A program made the translations under genes and the position numbers. A DNA stretch of 64,000 bases from Escherichia phage LH2. Numbering within the stretch: the first letter of the stretch is position 1; each line of letters opens with the position of its first letter. The stretch lies in sequence record OQ378934.1. One strand, given 5' to 3'. The notes under the pieces are model-generated. The model saw only the letters and a list, made by a program, of their open reading frames with translations, searched no databases and was not told the origin of the DNA. Below, one piece after another: positions 29,124 through 39,496 of this stretch.

Positions 29124-29327
29124 ATGAAATCATATAAAGTAAATTTAGAACTATTTGATAAAGCAGTTCATCGAGAATATAGAATCATTCAACGCTTTTT
29201 CGATATGGGAGAAGCCGAAGAGTTTAAAAACCGCTTTAAGGATATTAGAGATAAAATTCAATCCGACACTGCAACTAAAGATGAACTACTAGAAGTTGCT
29301 GAAGTTATTAAACGCAATATGAATTAA
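29124..29327 (+). CDS. hypothetical protein (T4 rIIA.1 position)
   Basis: 67 aa ORF after early promoter. Confidence 0.5.
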   Translation: MKSYKVNLELFDKAVHREYRIIQRFFDMGEAEEFKNRFKDIRDKIQSDTATKDELLEVAEVIKRNMN

Positions 29328-29337
29328 TGAGGAAATT

Positions 29338-31515
29338 ATGATTATCACCACTGAAAAAGAAACAATTCTTGGTAATGGTTCTAAATCAAAAGCATTTAGC
29401 ATCACAGCGTCTCCTAAAGTATTTAAAATTCTGTCATCTGATTTGTATACAAACAAGATTCGCGCAGTGGTTCGTGAATTGATTACCAACATGATTGATG
29501 CCCATGCTCTTAATGGAAATCCTGAAAAATTTATCATTCAAGTTCCAGGACGATTAGATCCGCGATTTGTTTGCCGAGATTTTGGTCCGGGTATGAGCGA
29601 TTTTGATATTCAGGGTGATGATAATTCTCCTGGGTTGTATAATTCATACTTTAGTTCATCTAAGGCTGAATCTAATGATTTCATTGGTGGATTTGGTTTA
29701 GGTTCTAAATCTCCGTTTAGTTATACTGATACATTTAGTATTACTTCGTACCATAAAGGCGAAATTCGTGGTTATGTAGCTTACATGGATGGTGATGGTC
29801 CGCAGATTAAACCTACATTCGTAAAAGAAATGGGTCCAAATGATAAAACTGGTATTGAAATCGTAGTTCCAGTTGAAGAAAAAGATTTTAGAAACTTTGC
29901 TTATGAAGTTTCTTATATCATGCGACCGTTCAAAGATTTGGCTATCATTAATGGTCTTGACCGCGAAATTGATTATTTTCCGGATTTTGATGACTATTAC
30001 GGTGTAAATCCAGAAAGATATTGGCCAGATCGTGGTGGATTGTATGCTATCTATGGTGGTATTGTTTATCCTATCGATGGTGTTATTAGAGACCGTAACT
30101 GGTTAAGCATCCGCAATGAAGTGAATTACATTAAGTTTCCAATGGGTTCACTTGATATTGCTCCATCGCGTGAGGCTCTTTCATTAGATGATCGTACTCG
30201 TAAAAATATTATTGAGCGTGTTAAAGAGCTCAGTGAGCAGGCATTTAATGAAGATGTAAAACGATTTAAAGAATCTACATCTCCTCGTCATACATACCGT
30301 GAATTGATGAAGATGGGATATTCTGCTCGAGATTATATGATTAGCAATTCAGTCAAATTTACGACTAAAAATCTGTCATATAAAAAGATGCAGAGCATGT
30401 TTGAACCTGACAGTAAGTTATGCAATGCAGGGGTTGTGTATGAAGTAAATCTTGACCCTCGACTGAAACGCATTAAGCAAAGCCATGAAACTTCAGCCGT
30501 TGCGTCAAGCTATCGTCTGTTTGGTATTAATACGACAAAAATTAATATTGTTATTGATAATATTAAAAATCGTGTTAATATTGTCCGTGGATTAGCACGT
30601 GCATTAGATGATAGTGAATTTAATAACACTTTAAATATTCATCACAATGAGCGTCTTCTGTTTATTAATCCGGAAGTAGAATCGCAGATTGATTTGCTTC
30701 CTGATATTATGGCAATGTTTGAAAGTGATGAAGTTAACATTCATTATTTGTCAGAAATTGAAGCTTTAGTTAAAAGTTATATTCCAAAGGCAGTAAAAAG
30801 TACAGCTCCTCGTCCTAAAACTGCCACTGCGTTTAAGTTTGAAATTAAAGACGGGCGCTGGGAAAAAGAGGAACTGTTTACGCTCACATCAGAAGCAGAT
30901 GAAATTACTGGTTATGTAGCATATATGCATCGTTCTGATATTTTCTCTATGGATGGTACTACATCGCTTTGTAATCCATCTACGAGTATTTTGACCCGTA
31001 TGGCTAATCTTATTGGCATTAATGAATTTTATGTTATTCGTCCACTTTTGCAGAAAAAGGTAAAAGAACTTGGTCAGTGCCAATGTATTTTTGAAACTCT
31101 GCGTGATTTATATGTAGATGCTTTTGATGCTGTAGATTATGATAAGTATGTAGGTTATTCGAGTTCAGCTAAACGATATATTGATAAAATTATCAAGTAT
31201 CCTGAACTAGATTTTATGATGAAGTACTTCAGTGTAGATGAAGTTTCCGAAGAATATACTCGCCTTGGTAATATGGTTAGTTCATTGCAGGGTATATATT
31301 TCAACGGTGGAAAAGATACCATCGGTCATGACATCTGGACAGTAACTAATCTTTTTGAAACACTATCATATAATGCTTCAAAAAACAGTGATAAAATGGT
31401 TGCTGAGTTTACCAAGAAATTCCGTATTGTTTCCGATTTCATCGGTTATCGCAACTCTTTAAGTGATGATGAAGTTTCCCAAATCGCTAAAACTATGAAG
31501 GCCCTTGCGGCCTAA
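29338..31515 (+). CDS. rIIA: rIIA membrane-associated protein
   Basis: 725 aa; recognised as T4 rIIA. Confidence 0.95.
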   Translation: MIITTEKETILGNGSKSKAFSITASPKVFKILSSDLYTNKIRAVVRELITNMIDAHALNGNPEKFIIQVPGRLDPRFVCRDFGPGMSDFDIQGDDNSPGLYNSYFSSSKAESNDFIGGFGLGSKSPFSYTDTFSITSYHKGEIRGYVAYMDGDGPQIKPTFVKEMGPNDKTGIEIVVPVEEKDFRNFAYEVSYIMRPFKDLAIINGLDREIDYFPDFDDYYGVNPERYWPDRGGLYAIYGGIVYPIDGVIRDRNWLSIRNEVNYIKFPMGSLDIAPSREALSLDDRTRKNIIERVKELSEQAFNEDVKRFKESTSPRHTYRELMKMGYSARDYMISNSVKFTTKNLSYKKMQSMFEPDSKLCNAGVVYEVNLDPRLKRIKQSHETSAVASSYRLFGINTTKINIVIDNIKNRVNIVRGLARALDDSEFNNTLNIHHNERLLFINPEVESQIDLLPDIMAMFESDEVNIHYLSEIEALVKSYIPKAVKSTAPRPKTATAFKFEIKDGRWEKEELFTLTSEADEITGYVAYMHRSDIFSMDGTTSLCNPSTSILTRMANLIGINEFYVIRPLLQKKVKELGQCQCIFETLRDLYVDAFDAVDYDKYVGYSSSAKRYIDKIIKYPELDFMMKYFSVDEVSEEYTRLGNMVSSLQGIYFNGGKDTIGHDIWTVTNLFETLSYNASKNSDKMVAEFTKKFRIVSDFIGYRNSLSDDEVSQIAKTMKALAA

Positions 31516-31526
31516 TAAGGAAAATT

Positions 31527-32465
31527 ATGTACAATATTAAATGCCTGACCAAAAACGAACAAGCTGAAATTGTCAAACTGTATTCAAGTGGTAATTACAC
31601 CCAACAGGAATTGGCTGATTGGCAAGGTGTATCGGTTGACACAATCCGTCGTGTTTTGAAAAATGCTGAAGAAGCTGAACGCTCTAAAGTTACCATTAGC
31701 GGTGACATTACAGTTACAGTTAATAGCGATGCAGTTATTGCTCCAGTTGCTAAATCTGACATTATTTGGAATGCATCTAAAAAATTCATTTCAATTACTG
31801 TTGACGGCGTAACTTATAACGCAACTCCTAATACTCATTCAAACTTCCAGGAAATTCTTAATCTGCTTGTAGCGGATAAGTTGGAAGAAGCGGCACAAAA
31901 AATTAACGTTCGTCGCGCTGTTGAAAAATATATTTCCGGTGATGTTCGAATTGAAGGTGGAAGCTTGTTCTATCAAAATATTGAATTACGGTCTGGTTTA
32001 GTTGATCGTATTCTCGATTCGATGGAAAAAGGCGAAAACTTTGAATTTTATTTTCCGTTCCTGGAAAATCTGTTGGAAAACCCGAGCCAAAAAGCGGTAT
32101 CTCGACTCTTTGATTTCTTGGTAGCAAACGATATTGAAATTACAGAAGACGGCTACTTCTATGCTTGGAAAGTAGTTCGCAGTAATTACTTTGACTGTCA
32201 TTCAAATACTTTTGATAACAGTCCTGGTAAAGTAGTTAAAATGCCACGTACTCGTGTGAATGACGATGATACACAAACTTGTTCTCGTGGTCTGCATGTG
32301 TGTTCTAAATCTTATATTCGTCACTTTGGCAGTTCAACCAGTCGAGTTGTAAAAGTTAAAGTGCATCCGCGTGATGTAGTATCAATTCCGATTGATTACA
32401 ACGACGCTAAAATGCGTACCTGCCAATACGAAGTAGTTGAAGACGTTACTGAACAATTTAAATAA
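31527..32465 (+). CDS. rIIB: rIIB protein
   Basis: 312 aa; matches T4 rIIB length and position. Confidence 0.92.
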   Translation: MYNIKCLTKNEQAEIVKLYSSGNYTQQELADWQGVSVDTIRRVLKNAEEAERSKVTISGDITVTVNSDAVIAPVAKSDIIWNASKKFISITVDGVTYNATPNTHSNFQEILNLLVADKLEEAAQKINVRRAVEKYISGDVRIEGGSLFYQNIELRSGLVDRILDSMEKGENFEFYFPFLENLLENPSQKAVSRLFDFLVANDIEITEDGYFYAWKVVRSNYFDCHSNTFDNSPGKVVKMPRTRVNDDDTQTCSRGLHVCSKSYIRHFGSSTSRVVKVKVHPRDVVSIPIDYNDAKMRTCQYEVVEDVTEQFK

Positions 32466-32492
32466 GGGCTTGGCCCTTAAATAAGGAAAATT

Positions 32493-32687
32493 ATGTTAGG
32501 TTATCAAGCACGAGTAAAAGAAGAATACGAACAATTAATGCTCAAAATTAATGCATTGAGCAAATTTTTAGAAAGTGAAAAGTTTTCAACGGTTAATGCA
32601 GTTGAGCAAGAATTACTGCTTTCGCAGTTTATCTCAATGAAATCTTATGCAGATTGTTTAGAGAAAAGAATTGCACAATTCAAATAA
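32493..32687 (+). CDS. hypothetical small protein
   Basis: 64 aa ORF flanked by hairpins. Confidence 0.45.
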   Translation: MLGYQARVKEEYEQLMLKINALSKFLESEKFSTVNAVEQELLLSQFISMKSYADCLEKRIAQFK

Positions 32688-32691
32688 AATA

Positions 32692-32714
32692 AAGGGCTTC
32701 GGCCCTTTTGTTTT
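32692..32714 (+). terminator. hairpin terminator
   Basis: agggc-ttcg-gccct then tttgtttt. Confidence 0.6.
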
Positions 32715-32773
32715 AAGGGAAACTATGATTTATTATACGAACATCAGTGATTCCGACGTAAAAGGAAAGTTTA

Positions 32774-33331
32774 ATGCAGAAAACGAATCCGGGTTTACAG
32801 AGACTATTTCAGATTCCGACATTTACCCTATCGAACAGTGACTTGACTAGTGAAATGAAGGCTAAAATTGCTGATACAGCAAGATACTCTTTAAAACAAA
32901 ATCCAAATCAGGATAAAGCAGAAGTTATTGAAAGATGCCGTATCGCTGTGTATGCAGAGTTTTTTGTAGCAGATTGGCTGAGCGGGTATGTTAATAAAGG
33001 TCAAGAGGATGTTAATGACCCGTATACATATGCGTGGGATGTACTGGCGCATCCAAAATACTGCGGGCTTCGTGTAGAAGTCAAAACACATCAAACTGAC
33101 TCACGTTGGATTTCGGTAACAACCGGATGCAGCGGAGAATATCCATACGGTTCTGGAATAAATCTAGGGCCCATTCTGAATCATCAGGTCGCTGACTGTA
33201 TAATTATATTCAACACTAAAGAAATTCATCCAGGTGTCATCCAGTACACTCCGAAGTTCATCGGTGATAGAGAAGACCTTCGTAAGGTTGTAAGAAAAAG
33301 CAACTACAACGGATGGTATCTTTCCATTTAA
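32774..33331 (+). CDS. denB: endonuclease IV DenB
   Basis: 185 aa; position after rIIB as in T4. Confidence 0.8.
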   Translation: MQKTNPGLQRLFQIPTFTLSNSDLTSEMKAKIADTARYSLKQNPNQDKAEVIERCRIAVYAEFFVADWLSGYVNKGQEDVNDPYTYAWDVLAHPKYCGLRVEVKTHQTDSRWISVTTGCSGEYPYGSGINLGPILNHQVADCIIIFNTKEIHPGVIQYTPKFIGDREDLRKVVRKSNYNGWYLSI

Positions 33332-33347
33332 AAATTTTCACAAAACA

Positions 33348-33377
33348 GTTTACATACCACAAGGACTGTGGTACTAT
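33348..33377 (+). promoter_or_regulatory. early promoter (repeated cassette copy)
   Basis: gtttac 33348-33353, tggtactat; conserved leader actatacaactatcaact. Confidence 0.5.
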
Positions 33378-33411
33378 ACAACTATCAACTGATACGGATT
33401 TGGAGAATAAA

Positions 33412-33618
33412 ATGTTTACTACAGCTGAACTAAAACGAGCAAAAGCTAAGAAAGGGCAAGGAAAATATAAAGCTGAATTAGTTAAAGAACTTCAGTTTGC
33501 TGAGGCTGAATTGAATTCAATGATTATTCAAAATGCTCCAGAAACTGAAATTGCTCTTAAACGTATTGCGAATAAGTGTCTTCGTGATGCAATCGTCGAT
33601 CTTTTAGCGGATTATTGA
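33412..33618 (+). CDS. hypothetical protein
   Basis: ATG 33412 after ttggagaataaa leader; 68 aa. Confidence 0.45.
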   Translation: MFTTAELKRAKAKKGQGKYKAELVKELQFAEAELNSMIIQNAPETEIALKRIANKCLRDAIVDLLADY

Positions 33619-33835
33619 GTAAAATGAAAATCGTTGAGATTGAACTATGAGTTCATTATGGTGGTGTTTCGTTTGGTTAATTAGTATTCCATTAATTTGT
33701 TTAACATTTACTTTTGTGATGAGGTTATTATGAAAATTTTTAATTCTGTACTTATTGCTTGTGCGTGGTGGGTTGCGCAAGTTTCGGCAGTAGTGATTGG
33801 TATTCACATTTATTACGAATATTTTTAAAAAAGTT

Positions 33836-33865
33836 GTTTACAAGACTGTTCCTCTGTGGTATTAT
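33836..33865 (+). promoter_or_regulatory. early promoter (repeated cassette copy)
   Basis: gtttacaagactgttcctctgtggta identical over ~25 nt to the copy at 5487. Confidence 0.5.
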
Positions 33866-33893
33866 TACCCTATCAACTACGGAGGAACAGAAA

Positions 33894-34007
33894 ATGAAAA
33901 AGATTGTTAAAGCTATATGGAATGTAGTTATAATACTAATAGTTTTGAGTATATTCCCAATCGTTTTAATGATTGATGTATTAAACGCTTACTTTGGATT
34001 TATGTGA
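33894..34007 (+). CDS. small membrane peptide (37 aa)
   Basis: MKKIVKAIWNVVIILIVLSIFPIVLMIDVLNAYFGFM after ggagg RBS. Confidence 0.4.
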   Translation: MKKIVKAIWNVVIILIVLSIFPIVLMIDVLNAYFGFM

Positions 34008-34014
34008 GGAAAAT

Positions 34015-34212
34015 ATGAAGCGTAAACGCAGTGCTTTTACATTTATGGAATGGTTTTTCGATAATATTTTTCCGGCTTTATTCATTTTCATGCTGATTTT
34101 CGCCTTGGGGTCAGTTGTGGTTGGAATCTATTTGATGGCGGTTGTCGGAATGGATATTCACCAAAATGGTTTAAAATCTGTGGTTGAAACAATTTGGAAT
34201 GGTGTAAAATGA
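34015..34212 (+). CDS. small membrane protein (65 aa)
   Basis: Hydrophobic segments; ATG 34015 with gagga RBS. Confidence 0.45.
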   Translation: MKRKRSAFTFMEWFFDNIFPALFIFMLIFALGSVVVGIYLMAVVGMDIHQNGLKSVVETIWNGVK

Positions 34213-34327
34213 TGAATTTGCTGAGTGGTTGGTTTTATATTCTCATGTTTTACATTGGTGCAAATTTCCCATATTGGATGGGATGGTCAACAACTGCATT
34301 TGGATTTTATACTCCCTGAGGTGAATT

Positions 34328-34543
34328 ATGAAAATTTTTAAAGATGTAAAGGTCGGTGAAATTTTTTGCTTAGATAATGGTGATCAGTTAATTCGTATTT
34401 CACCTCTTAAGAGCACTAGCGAGAAAATGACAGTTAACGCTACTTTAGCAAATAACAGTAATGAACGTTTCTGTATTGAAAATGATACTGAAACTTATAC
34501 TGTAGAAGAATTCTGGGAATTAAGTGTCGACTGCGACGATTAA
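34328..34543 (+). CDS. hypothetical protein
   Basis: 71 aa ORF with gaggtga RBS. Confidence 0.5.
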   Translation: MKIFKDVKVGEIFCLDNGDQLIRISPLKSTSEKMTVNATLANNSNERFCIENDTETYTVEEFWELSVDCDD

Positions 34544-34602
34544 TTTATCGGCCGTATGTATTCATGCGGCCTTGGAGTAGAAAATAATTAGAGGAAATTA
34601 AC

Positions 34603-35058
34603 ATGAAATATATGACTGTTACTGATTTGAATAATGCAGGTGCAACTGTTATTGGTACAATCAAGGGCGGTGAATGGGTTTTTGGAACTCCGCATAAAGA
34701 CATTTTGTCTAACCCTGGATTTTACTTTTTAGTGAGTAAATTTGGTGGTCCATTTGATAGTCCGTGTGTATCTGCACGATTTTATGTAGGTAATCAGCGT
34801 TCTAAGCAAGGATTCAGTGCAGTTCTAAGTCATATTCGTCAACGTCGATCTCAGCTTGCGCGTACTATTGCAAATAACAATGTTCCATACACGGTATTTT
34901 ATCTACCTGCTTCTAAGATGAAACCTCTGACGACGGGATTTGGAAAGGGTCAGTTAGCTTTAGCATTTACTCGTAATCATCATTCTGAGTATCAAACACT
35001 TGAAGAAATGAACCGTATGTTGGCTGATAATTTTAAATTTGTTTTGCAGGCATATTAA
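34603..35058 (+). CDS. ndd: nucleoid disruption protein Ndd
   Basis: 151 aa; matches T4 Ndd length and position. Confidence 0.8.
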
Positions 35059-35138
35059 TGAGCAATTTCCATAACGAACACGTGATGCAGTTCTATCGTA
35101 ACAATCTTAAAACTAAAGGCGTCTTCGGACGCCAGTGA
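35058..35138 (+). CDS. stp: Stp peptide (26 aa), activator of host PrrC anticodon nuclease
   Basis: ATG overlaps ndd stop (TAATG); translation [26 protein letters not shown] recognised as T4 Stp. Confidence 0.75.
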
Positions 35139-35145
35139 GGAAAAT

Positions 35146-35295
35146 ATGAATATCGCAAAATTATTAGGAGTTATTTCATTTATTTGTTGGATAGTAGCAT
35201 GTGTTTTAACTATCTGTATTGATGTCAGCAGCGTGTTTTCGCAAGCTTTAGCTCAAGGGTATGTGTGCATGTTTAACATTTGCGTTGTTATCTAA
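35146..35295 (+). CDS. small hydrophobic peptide (49 aa)
   Basis: MNIAKLLGVISFICWIVACVL...; gagg RBS. Confidence 0.4.
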   Translation: MNIAKLLGVISFICWIVACVLTICIDVSSVFSQALAQGYVCMFNICVVI

Positions 35296-35435
35296 TGATT
35301 AAGAAAATCTTGGGCTACTCAGTAGCCCTTGCTGCTTTACTGGTAGCACTATATTATGGAGTAATGTTCGGATTAATTCAAGTCGTGCTTTTCATTTCTG
35401 ATGTTATTATGGCACTACATTCACTAGTATGGTAA
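35295..35435 (+). CDS. small hydrophobic peptide (46 aa)
   Basis: ATG overlaps previous stop (TAATG); MIKKILGYSVALAALLVALYYGV... Confidence 0.4.
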   Translation: MIKKILGYSVALAALLVALYYGVMFGLIQVVLFISDVIMALHSLVW

Positions 35436-35439
35436 ATTT

Positions 35440-36768
35440 ATGCAACTGAATAATCGCGATTTAAAAAGTATCATTGATAATGAAGCATTGGCTTATGCTA
35501 TGTACACGGTTGAAAATCGTGCTATTCCAAATATGATTGATGGATTTAAGCCAGTTCAACGATTTGTTATCGCTCGAGCTCTTGATTTGGCACGAGGAAA
35601 TAAAGATAAGTTTCACAAACTCGCTTCTATTGCAGGTGGTGTAGCTGACCTTGGATATCATCATGGTGAAAACTCTGCGCAAGACGCGGGGGCTTTGATG
35701 GCTAATACTTGGAATAATAACTTTCCTTTGTTAGATGGTCAAGGAAACTTTGGTTCTCGTACCGTTCAAAAAGCAGCAGCAAGTCGTTATATTTTTGCTC
35801 GTGTAAGTAAAAATTTCTATAGTGTATATAAAGATACTGAATATGCTCCGGTACATCAAGATAAAGAACACATTCCGCCTGCTTTCTATTTGCCTATTAT
35901 TCCTACTGTTCTTCTTAATGGTGTTTCCGGTATTGCAACTGGTTATGCAACTTATATTCTTCCTCATAGTGTTTCTTCTGTCAAGAAAGCTGTACTACAA
36001 GCTCTTCAAGGAAAGAAAGTAACTAAACCGAAGGTAGAATTCCCAGAATTTCGTGGTGAAGTCGTTGAGATTGACGGGCAATATGAAATTCGTGGAACAT
36101 ATAAGTTTACTTCACGAACTCAAATGAATATCACTGAAATTCCGTATAAGTATGATCGTGAAACTTATGTGAGTAAAATCTTAGACCCGCTTGAAGATAA
36201 GGGCTTCATTACATGGGATGATGCTTGTGGTGAGCATGGTTTTGGCTTTAAAGTTAAATTCCGTAAAGAATATTCTTTGAGTGATAACGAAGAAGAACGC
36301 CATGCAAAAATCATGAAAGACTTCGGGTTGATTGAGCGTCGTTCCCAAAATATTACCGTTATTAATGAGAAAGGCAAGCTGCAAGTTTACGATAACGTAG
36401 TTGATTTAATCAAAGACTTCGTTGAAGTTCGTAAAACTTATGTCCAAAAACGAATTGATAACAAAATTAAAGAAACTGAATCAGCATTTCGTTTAGCCTT
36501 TGCCAAGGCGCATTTCATTAAGAAAGTAATTTCAGGTGAAATTGTTGTGCAGGGTAAAACTCGTAAAGAACTGACCGAAGAACTTTCTAAAATTGAGATG
36601 TATTCTTCTTATGTTGATAAACTAGTCGGAATGAATATTTTTCATATGACTTCTGATGAAGCAAAGAAACTTGCTGAAGAAGCTAAAGCTAAAAAAGAAG
36701 AAAACGAATATTGGAAAACTACTGATGTAGTTACAGAATACACCAAAGATTTAGAGGAAATCAAATGA
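35440..36768 (+). CDS. 52: topoisomerase II medium subunit gp52 (GyrA-like)
   Basis: 442 aa; recognised as T4 gp52. Confidence 0.93.
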   Translation: MQLNNRDLKSIIDNEALAYAMYTVENRAIPNMIDGFKPVQRFVIARALDLARGNKDKFHKLASIAGGVADLGYHHGENSAQDAGALMANTWNNNFPLLDGQGNFGSRTVQKAAASRYIFARVSKNFYSVYKDTEYAPVHQDKEHIPPAFYLPIIPTVLLNGVSGIATGYATYILPHSVSSVKKAVLQALQGKKVTKPKVEFPEFRGEVVEIDGQYEIRGTYKFTSRTQMNITEIPYKYDRETYVSKILDPLEDKGFITWDDACGEHGFGFKVKFRKEYSLSDNEEERHAKIMKDFGLIERRSQNITVINEKGKLQVYDNVVDLIKDFVEVRKTYVQKRIDNKIKETESAFRLAFAKAHFIKKVISGEIVVQGKTRKELTEELSKIEMYSSYVDKLVGMNIFHMTSDEAKKLAEEAKAKKEENEYWKTTDVVTEYTKDLEEIK

Positions 36769-36914
36769 GTCCATTCATAGGTATTACAAGCGCGGCATTA
36801 GTATCTGGCGGCATTTTACTAGCGGGGGTAGGTGTTGTTCCAGCCGTAGCAGGAGGTCTTCTTGCATTCGGAATTCAACGTGTTATCATGACAGTTATCA
36901 CAGTCATGCAGTAA
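36765..36914 (+). CDS. small glycine-rich membrane peptide (49 aa), possibly ac
   Basis: ATG overlaps gene 52 stop; MSPFIGITSAALVSGGILLAGVGVV... Confidence 0.4.
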   Translation: MSPFIGITSAALVSGGILLAGVGVVPAVAGGLLAFGIQRVIMTVITVMQ

Positions 36915-36919
36915 TTTTA

Positions 36920-36947
36920 GGGAGAGCCGAGGCTCTCCCTTTTTTAT
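36920..36947 (+). terminator. rho-independent terminator
   Basis: gggagagcc-ga-ggctctccc then ttttttat. Confidence 0.7.
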
Positions 36948-36970
36948 TTCAAAAATTTTTTCACAAAACG

Positions 36971-37000
36971 GTTTACAACCAAAGCATACTGTGGTACTAT
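36971..37000 (+). promoter_or_regulatory. early promoter (repeated cassette copy) for motA
   Basis: gtttac 36971-36976, tggtactat 36992-37000. Confidence 0.5.
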
Positions 37001-37041
37001 ACAACTATCAACTACTGATACAGAATTACGGAGATTAGAAA

Positions 37042-37677
37042 ATGTCTAAAGTAACTTACATCATCAAAGCTTCTAACGATGTTCTGAATGAAAAAACTGC
37101 TGCGATTTTAATTACCATTGCTAAGAAAGATTTCATTACAGCCGCAGAAGTTCGTGAGGTGCATCCAGATTTAGGTAACGCAGTAGTTAATAGTAATATT
37201 GGGGTATTGATTAAAAAAGGCCTGGTGGAGAAATCTGGTGATGGATTAATCATTACGGGTGAAGCTCAGGATATTATTTCAAATGCGGCAACTTTATACG
37301 CACAGGAAAACGCTCCTGAACTGCTGAAAAAACGAGCAACTCGTAAAGCTCGCGAGATTACTTCTGATATGGAAGAAGATAAAGACCTCATGCTAAAACT
37401 TTTAGATGAAAATGGATTTGTTCTTAAAAAAGTTGAAACTTATCGTAGTAACTATCTCGCTATTTTAGAAAAACGCACTCACGGAATTCGTAATTTTGAA
37501 ATTAACAACAATGGAAATATGCGAATTTTTGGATACAAAATGATGGAACATCATATTCAGAAATTTACTGACATCGGTATGTCATGCAAAATCGCTAAAA
37601 ATGGTAATGTGTATCTTGACATTAAACGCTCAGCAGAAAACATTGAAGCTGTAATCACCGTAGCATCTGAACTGTGA
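37042..37677 (+). CDS. motA: middle transcription activator MotA
   Basis: 211 aa; recognised as T4 MotA. Confidence 0.9.
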   Translation: MSKVTYIIKASNDVLNEKTAAILITIAKKDFITAAEVREVHPDLGNAVVNSNIGVLIKKGLVEKSGDGLIITGEAQDIISNAATLYAQENAPELLKKRATRKAREITSDMEEDKDLMLKLLDENGFVLKKVETYRSNYLAILEKRTHGIRNFEINNNGNMRIFGYKMMEHHIQKFTDIGMSCKIAKNGNVYLDIKRSAENIEAVITVASEL

Positions 37678-37687
37678 GGAATAAATA

Positions 37688-38017
37688 ATGAACAAGTTAG
37701 AAATTATCAATGAACTTCGTCGTTGTGCAGAACCCACTCAAGAGGGGTGGGATATCTGGTACCATGGAGCTTATCTTGGAACCATCGTAAAGATTAAGAC
37801 TGGCAAATACATGATTATTCGTGAAAGTAAAGATGCTCCAGTAGGTATTCGCAATAATTTCATGGCAGCGATAAGTTCCTTTACGGATTCAGCTTACGAA
37901 ATTTACCTTGCTGATTATAAAGAATTCCAGGAATCTCAACCAGTTATTCGCTCAATTGGTGTTAACAAAGCTCAACAGAAAACTTTGTGGCAACGTATTA
38001 AAGGATGGTTTAAATGA
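37688..38017 (+). CDS. hypothetical protein
   Basis: 109 aa ORF. Confidence 0.5.
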   Translation: MNKLEIINELRRCAEPTQEGWDIWYHGAYLGTIVKIKTGKYMIIRESKDAPVGIRNNFMAAISSFTDSAYEIYLADYKEFQESQPVIRSIGVNKAQQKTLWQRIKGWFK

Positions 38018-38475
38018 ATCCATTTATTAATCGTTTAAAAATGCTGAATGTTCCTTTATCTCGTGAGACTCCAGAAAGTCTTGCTGAAAAATTTAAAGCA
38101 CACGGTTATAAATGCACAGAAGAAGATATTCTAAAAGAAGTTCCTGAAATCTGTTGGCAGTCTGCATACTGGGATGAAAACCAAAAGTATCAACGACGAA
38201 TTGTCTGCGCAGCCAACCGTTTTAAATTAAAAGATGGACGAACTCTTATTATTCCAGGTGCTCGTCATTATTCTAAAGATATGGCAGAAGTTTTAGATGT
38301 AGTTAAACCTCAATTAGTTACTCAACAAGTTTGTGATGATGACCAAGGGTTTATTGACCAATATAGTAATTATTGGACACGTGAAGAAGCAATGATTATT
38401 GCAACTTACGCTGGACAAGTACGTATTGAACGCGGTGGTAGTGAAAAAGAACTTTACTCTGAGGACCTTTACTAA
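38014..38475 (+). CDS. hypothetical protein
   Basis: 153 aa ORF. Confidence 0.5.
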   Translation: MNPFINRLKMLNVPLSRETPESLAEKFKAHGYKCTEEDILKEVPEICWQSAYWDENQKYQRRIVCAANRFKLKDGRTLIIPGARHYSKDMAEVLDVVKPQLVTQQVCDDDQGFIDQYSNYWTREEAMIIATYAGQVRIERGGSEKELYSEDLY

Positions 38476-38771
38476 TGAATATTAAAAAGTTTCAAATTGA
38501 TGGAATTATGAATCAAATCCAGGCACTGGAATATGCCAATAAAATGATGTCAACTAATTGGGGAATTTATACCAATGAACCGGGATTTAAATTCTGTGAT
38601 ATGGAATTCACTAAAAAGCTCGTAGGAAAAGATTATGTATGTCCATTTAGTTCTCCAGTAAATGGAATGCTAAAACCTGCTTTGCGTGATCTTTATATTG
38701 CGATGAACGAAGAAATGATAAAAGAATTAAAACGTCAACTGAAGGTGATTCAATTTGGCCAGGGAAATTAA
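38475..38771 (+). CDS. hypothetical protein
   Basis: 98 aa ORF. Confidence 0.5.
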   Translation: MNIKKFQIDGIMNQIQALEYANKMMSTNWGIYTNEPGFKFCDMEFTKKLVGKDYVCPFSSPVNGMLKPALRDLYIAMNEEMIKELKRQLKVIQFGQGN

Positions 38772-38973
38772 TTCAAAATCTGATTATTTTAATTCTCTCA
38801 ATGATAAAGATAAAAATCTAATACGGCATTTTATCGTTGAGATGGGATATACTGATACACGTGATTTAAGAGAACATATATTTGAATGTGGTGTAGCTAA
38901 AAAGTTTTCATTCACATGCAAATGTTTAAGAGAGGTAATTCAGCACTATGAACAATTTAGTCGCAAAACATAA
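38755..38973 (+). CDS. hypothetical protein
   Basis: 72 aa ORF; start uncertain. Confidence 0.4.
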   Translation: MAREINSKSDYFNSLNDKDKNLIRHFIVEMGYTDTRDLREHIFECGVAKKFSFTCKCLREVIQHYEQFSRKT

Positions 38974-39056
38974 TTTTAATAAAGCTTCTGTTCATAAAGA
39001 TAAGAAGAAAGCGTTTAAAGAATCTAATCGCAAACAGAAACATAAGGGGAAGGTCT

Positions 39057-39335
39057 ATGATTATTGATTCTCAATCTGTGGTTCAATATACAATCAAAAT
39101 TGACATTCTAGAAAAGCTATATAAGTTTCTACCAAATTTATACCACTCAATTGTCGATGAATTAGTTGAAGAACTACATCTTGAGAATAATGATTTCTTG
39201 GTTGGAACTTATAAAGATAACTCAAAGGCGGGATATTTTTACGTAATTCCAGCTCCAGGAAAAAGTATTGATGATGTATTAAAAACTATAATGATTTATG
39301 TCCATGATTACGAAATTGAAGATTATTTCGAATGA
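39057..39335 (+). CDS. acidic 92-aa protein, possibly Arn (anti-restriction)
   Basis: 92 aa, net acidic, adjacent to asiA where T4 arn lies; identity not verified. Confidence 0.4.
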   Translation: MIIDSQSVVQYTIKIDILEKLYKFLPNLYHSIVDELVEELHLENNDFLVGTYKDNSKAGYFYVIPAPGKSIDDVLKTIMIYVHDYEIEDYFE

Positions 39336-39484
39336 GTCATAATCTTGAAAAGGTAATCGAGCATAATGTAGCTCAGGAACGCGAGTCGTTCAAGGAATTC
39401 GTAGAAAAAATTTTTGAAGAAAATAACACAGACCAGTTTACAAATCAAGTGTCTGATGATATTATAATAAAGTCAACTAATTGA
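39332..39484 (+). CDS. hypothetical small protein (50 aa)
   Basis: ATG overlaps previous stop; below ORF-track cutoff. Confidence 0.3.
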   Translation: MSHNLEKVIEHNVAQERESFKEFVEKIFEENNTDQFTNQVSDDIIIKSTN

Positions 39485-39496
39485 GTGGTATAGTTA

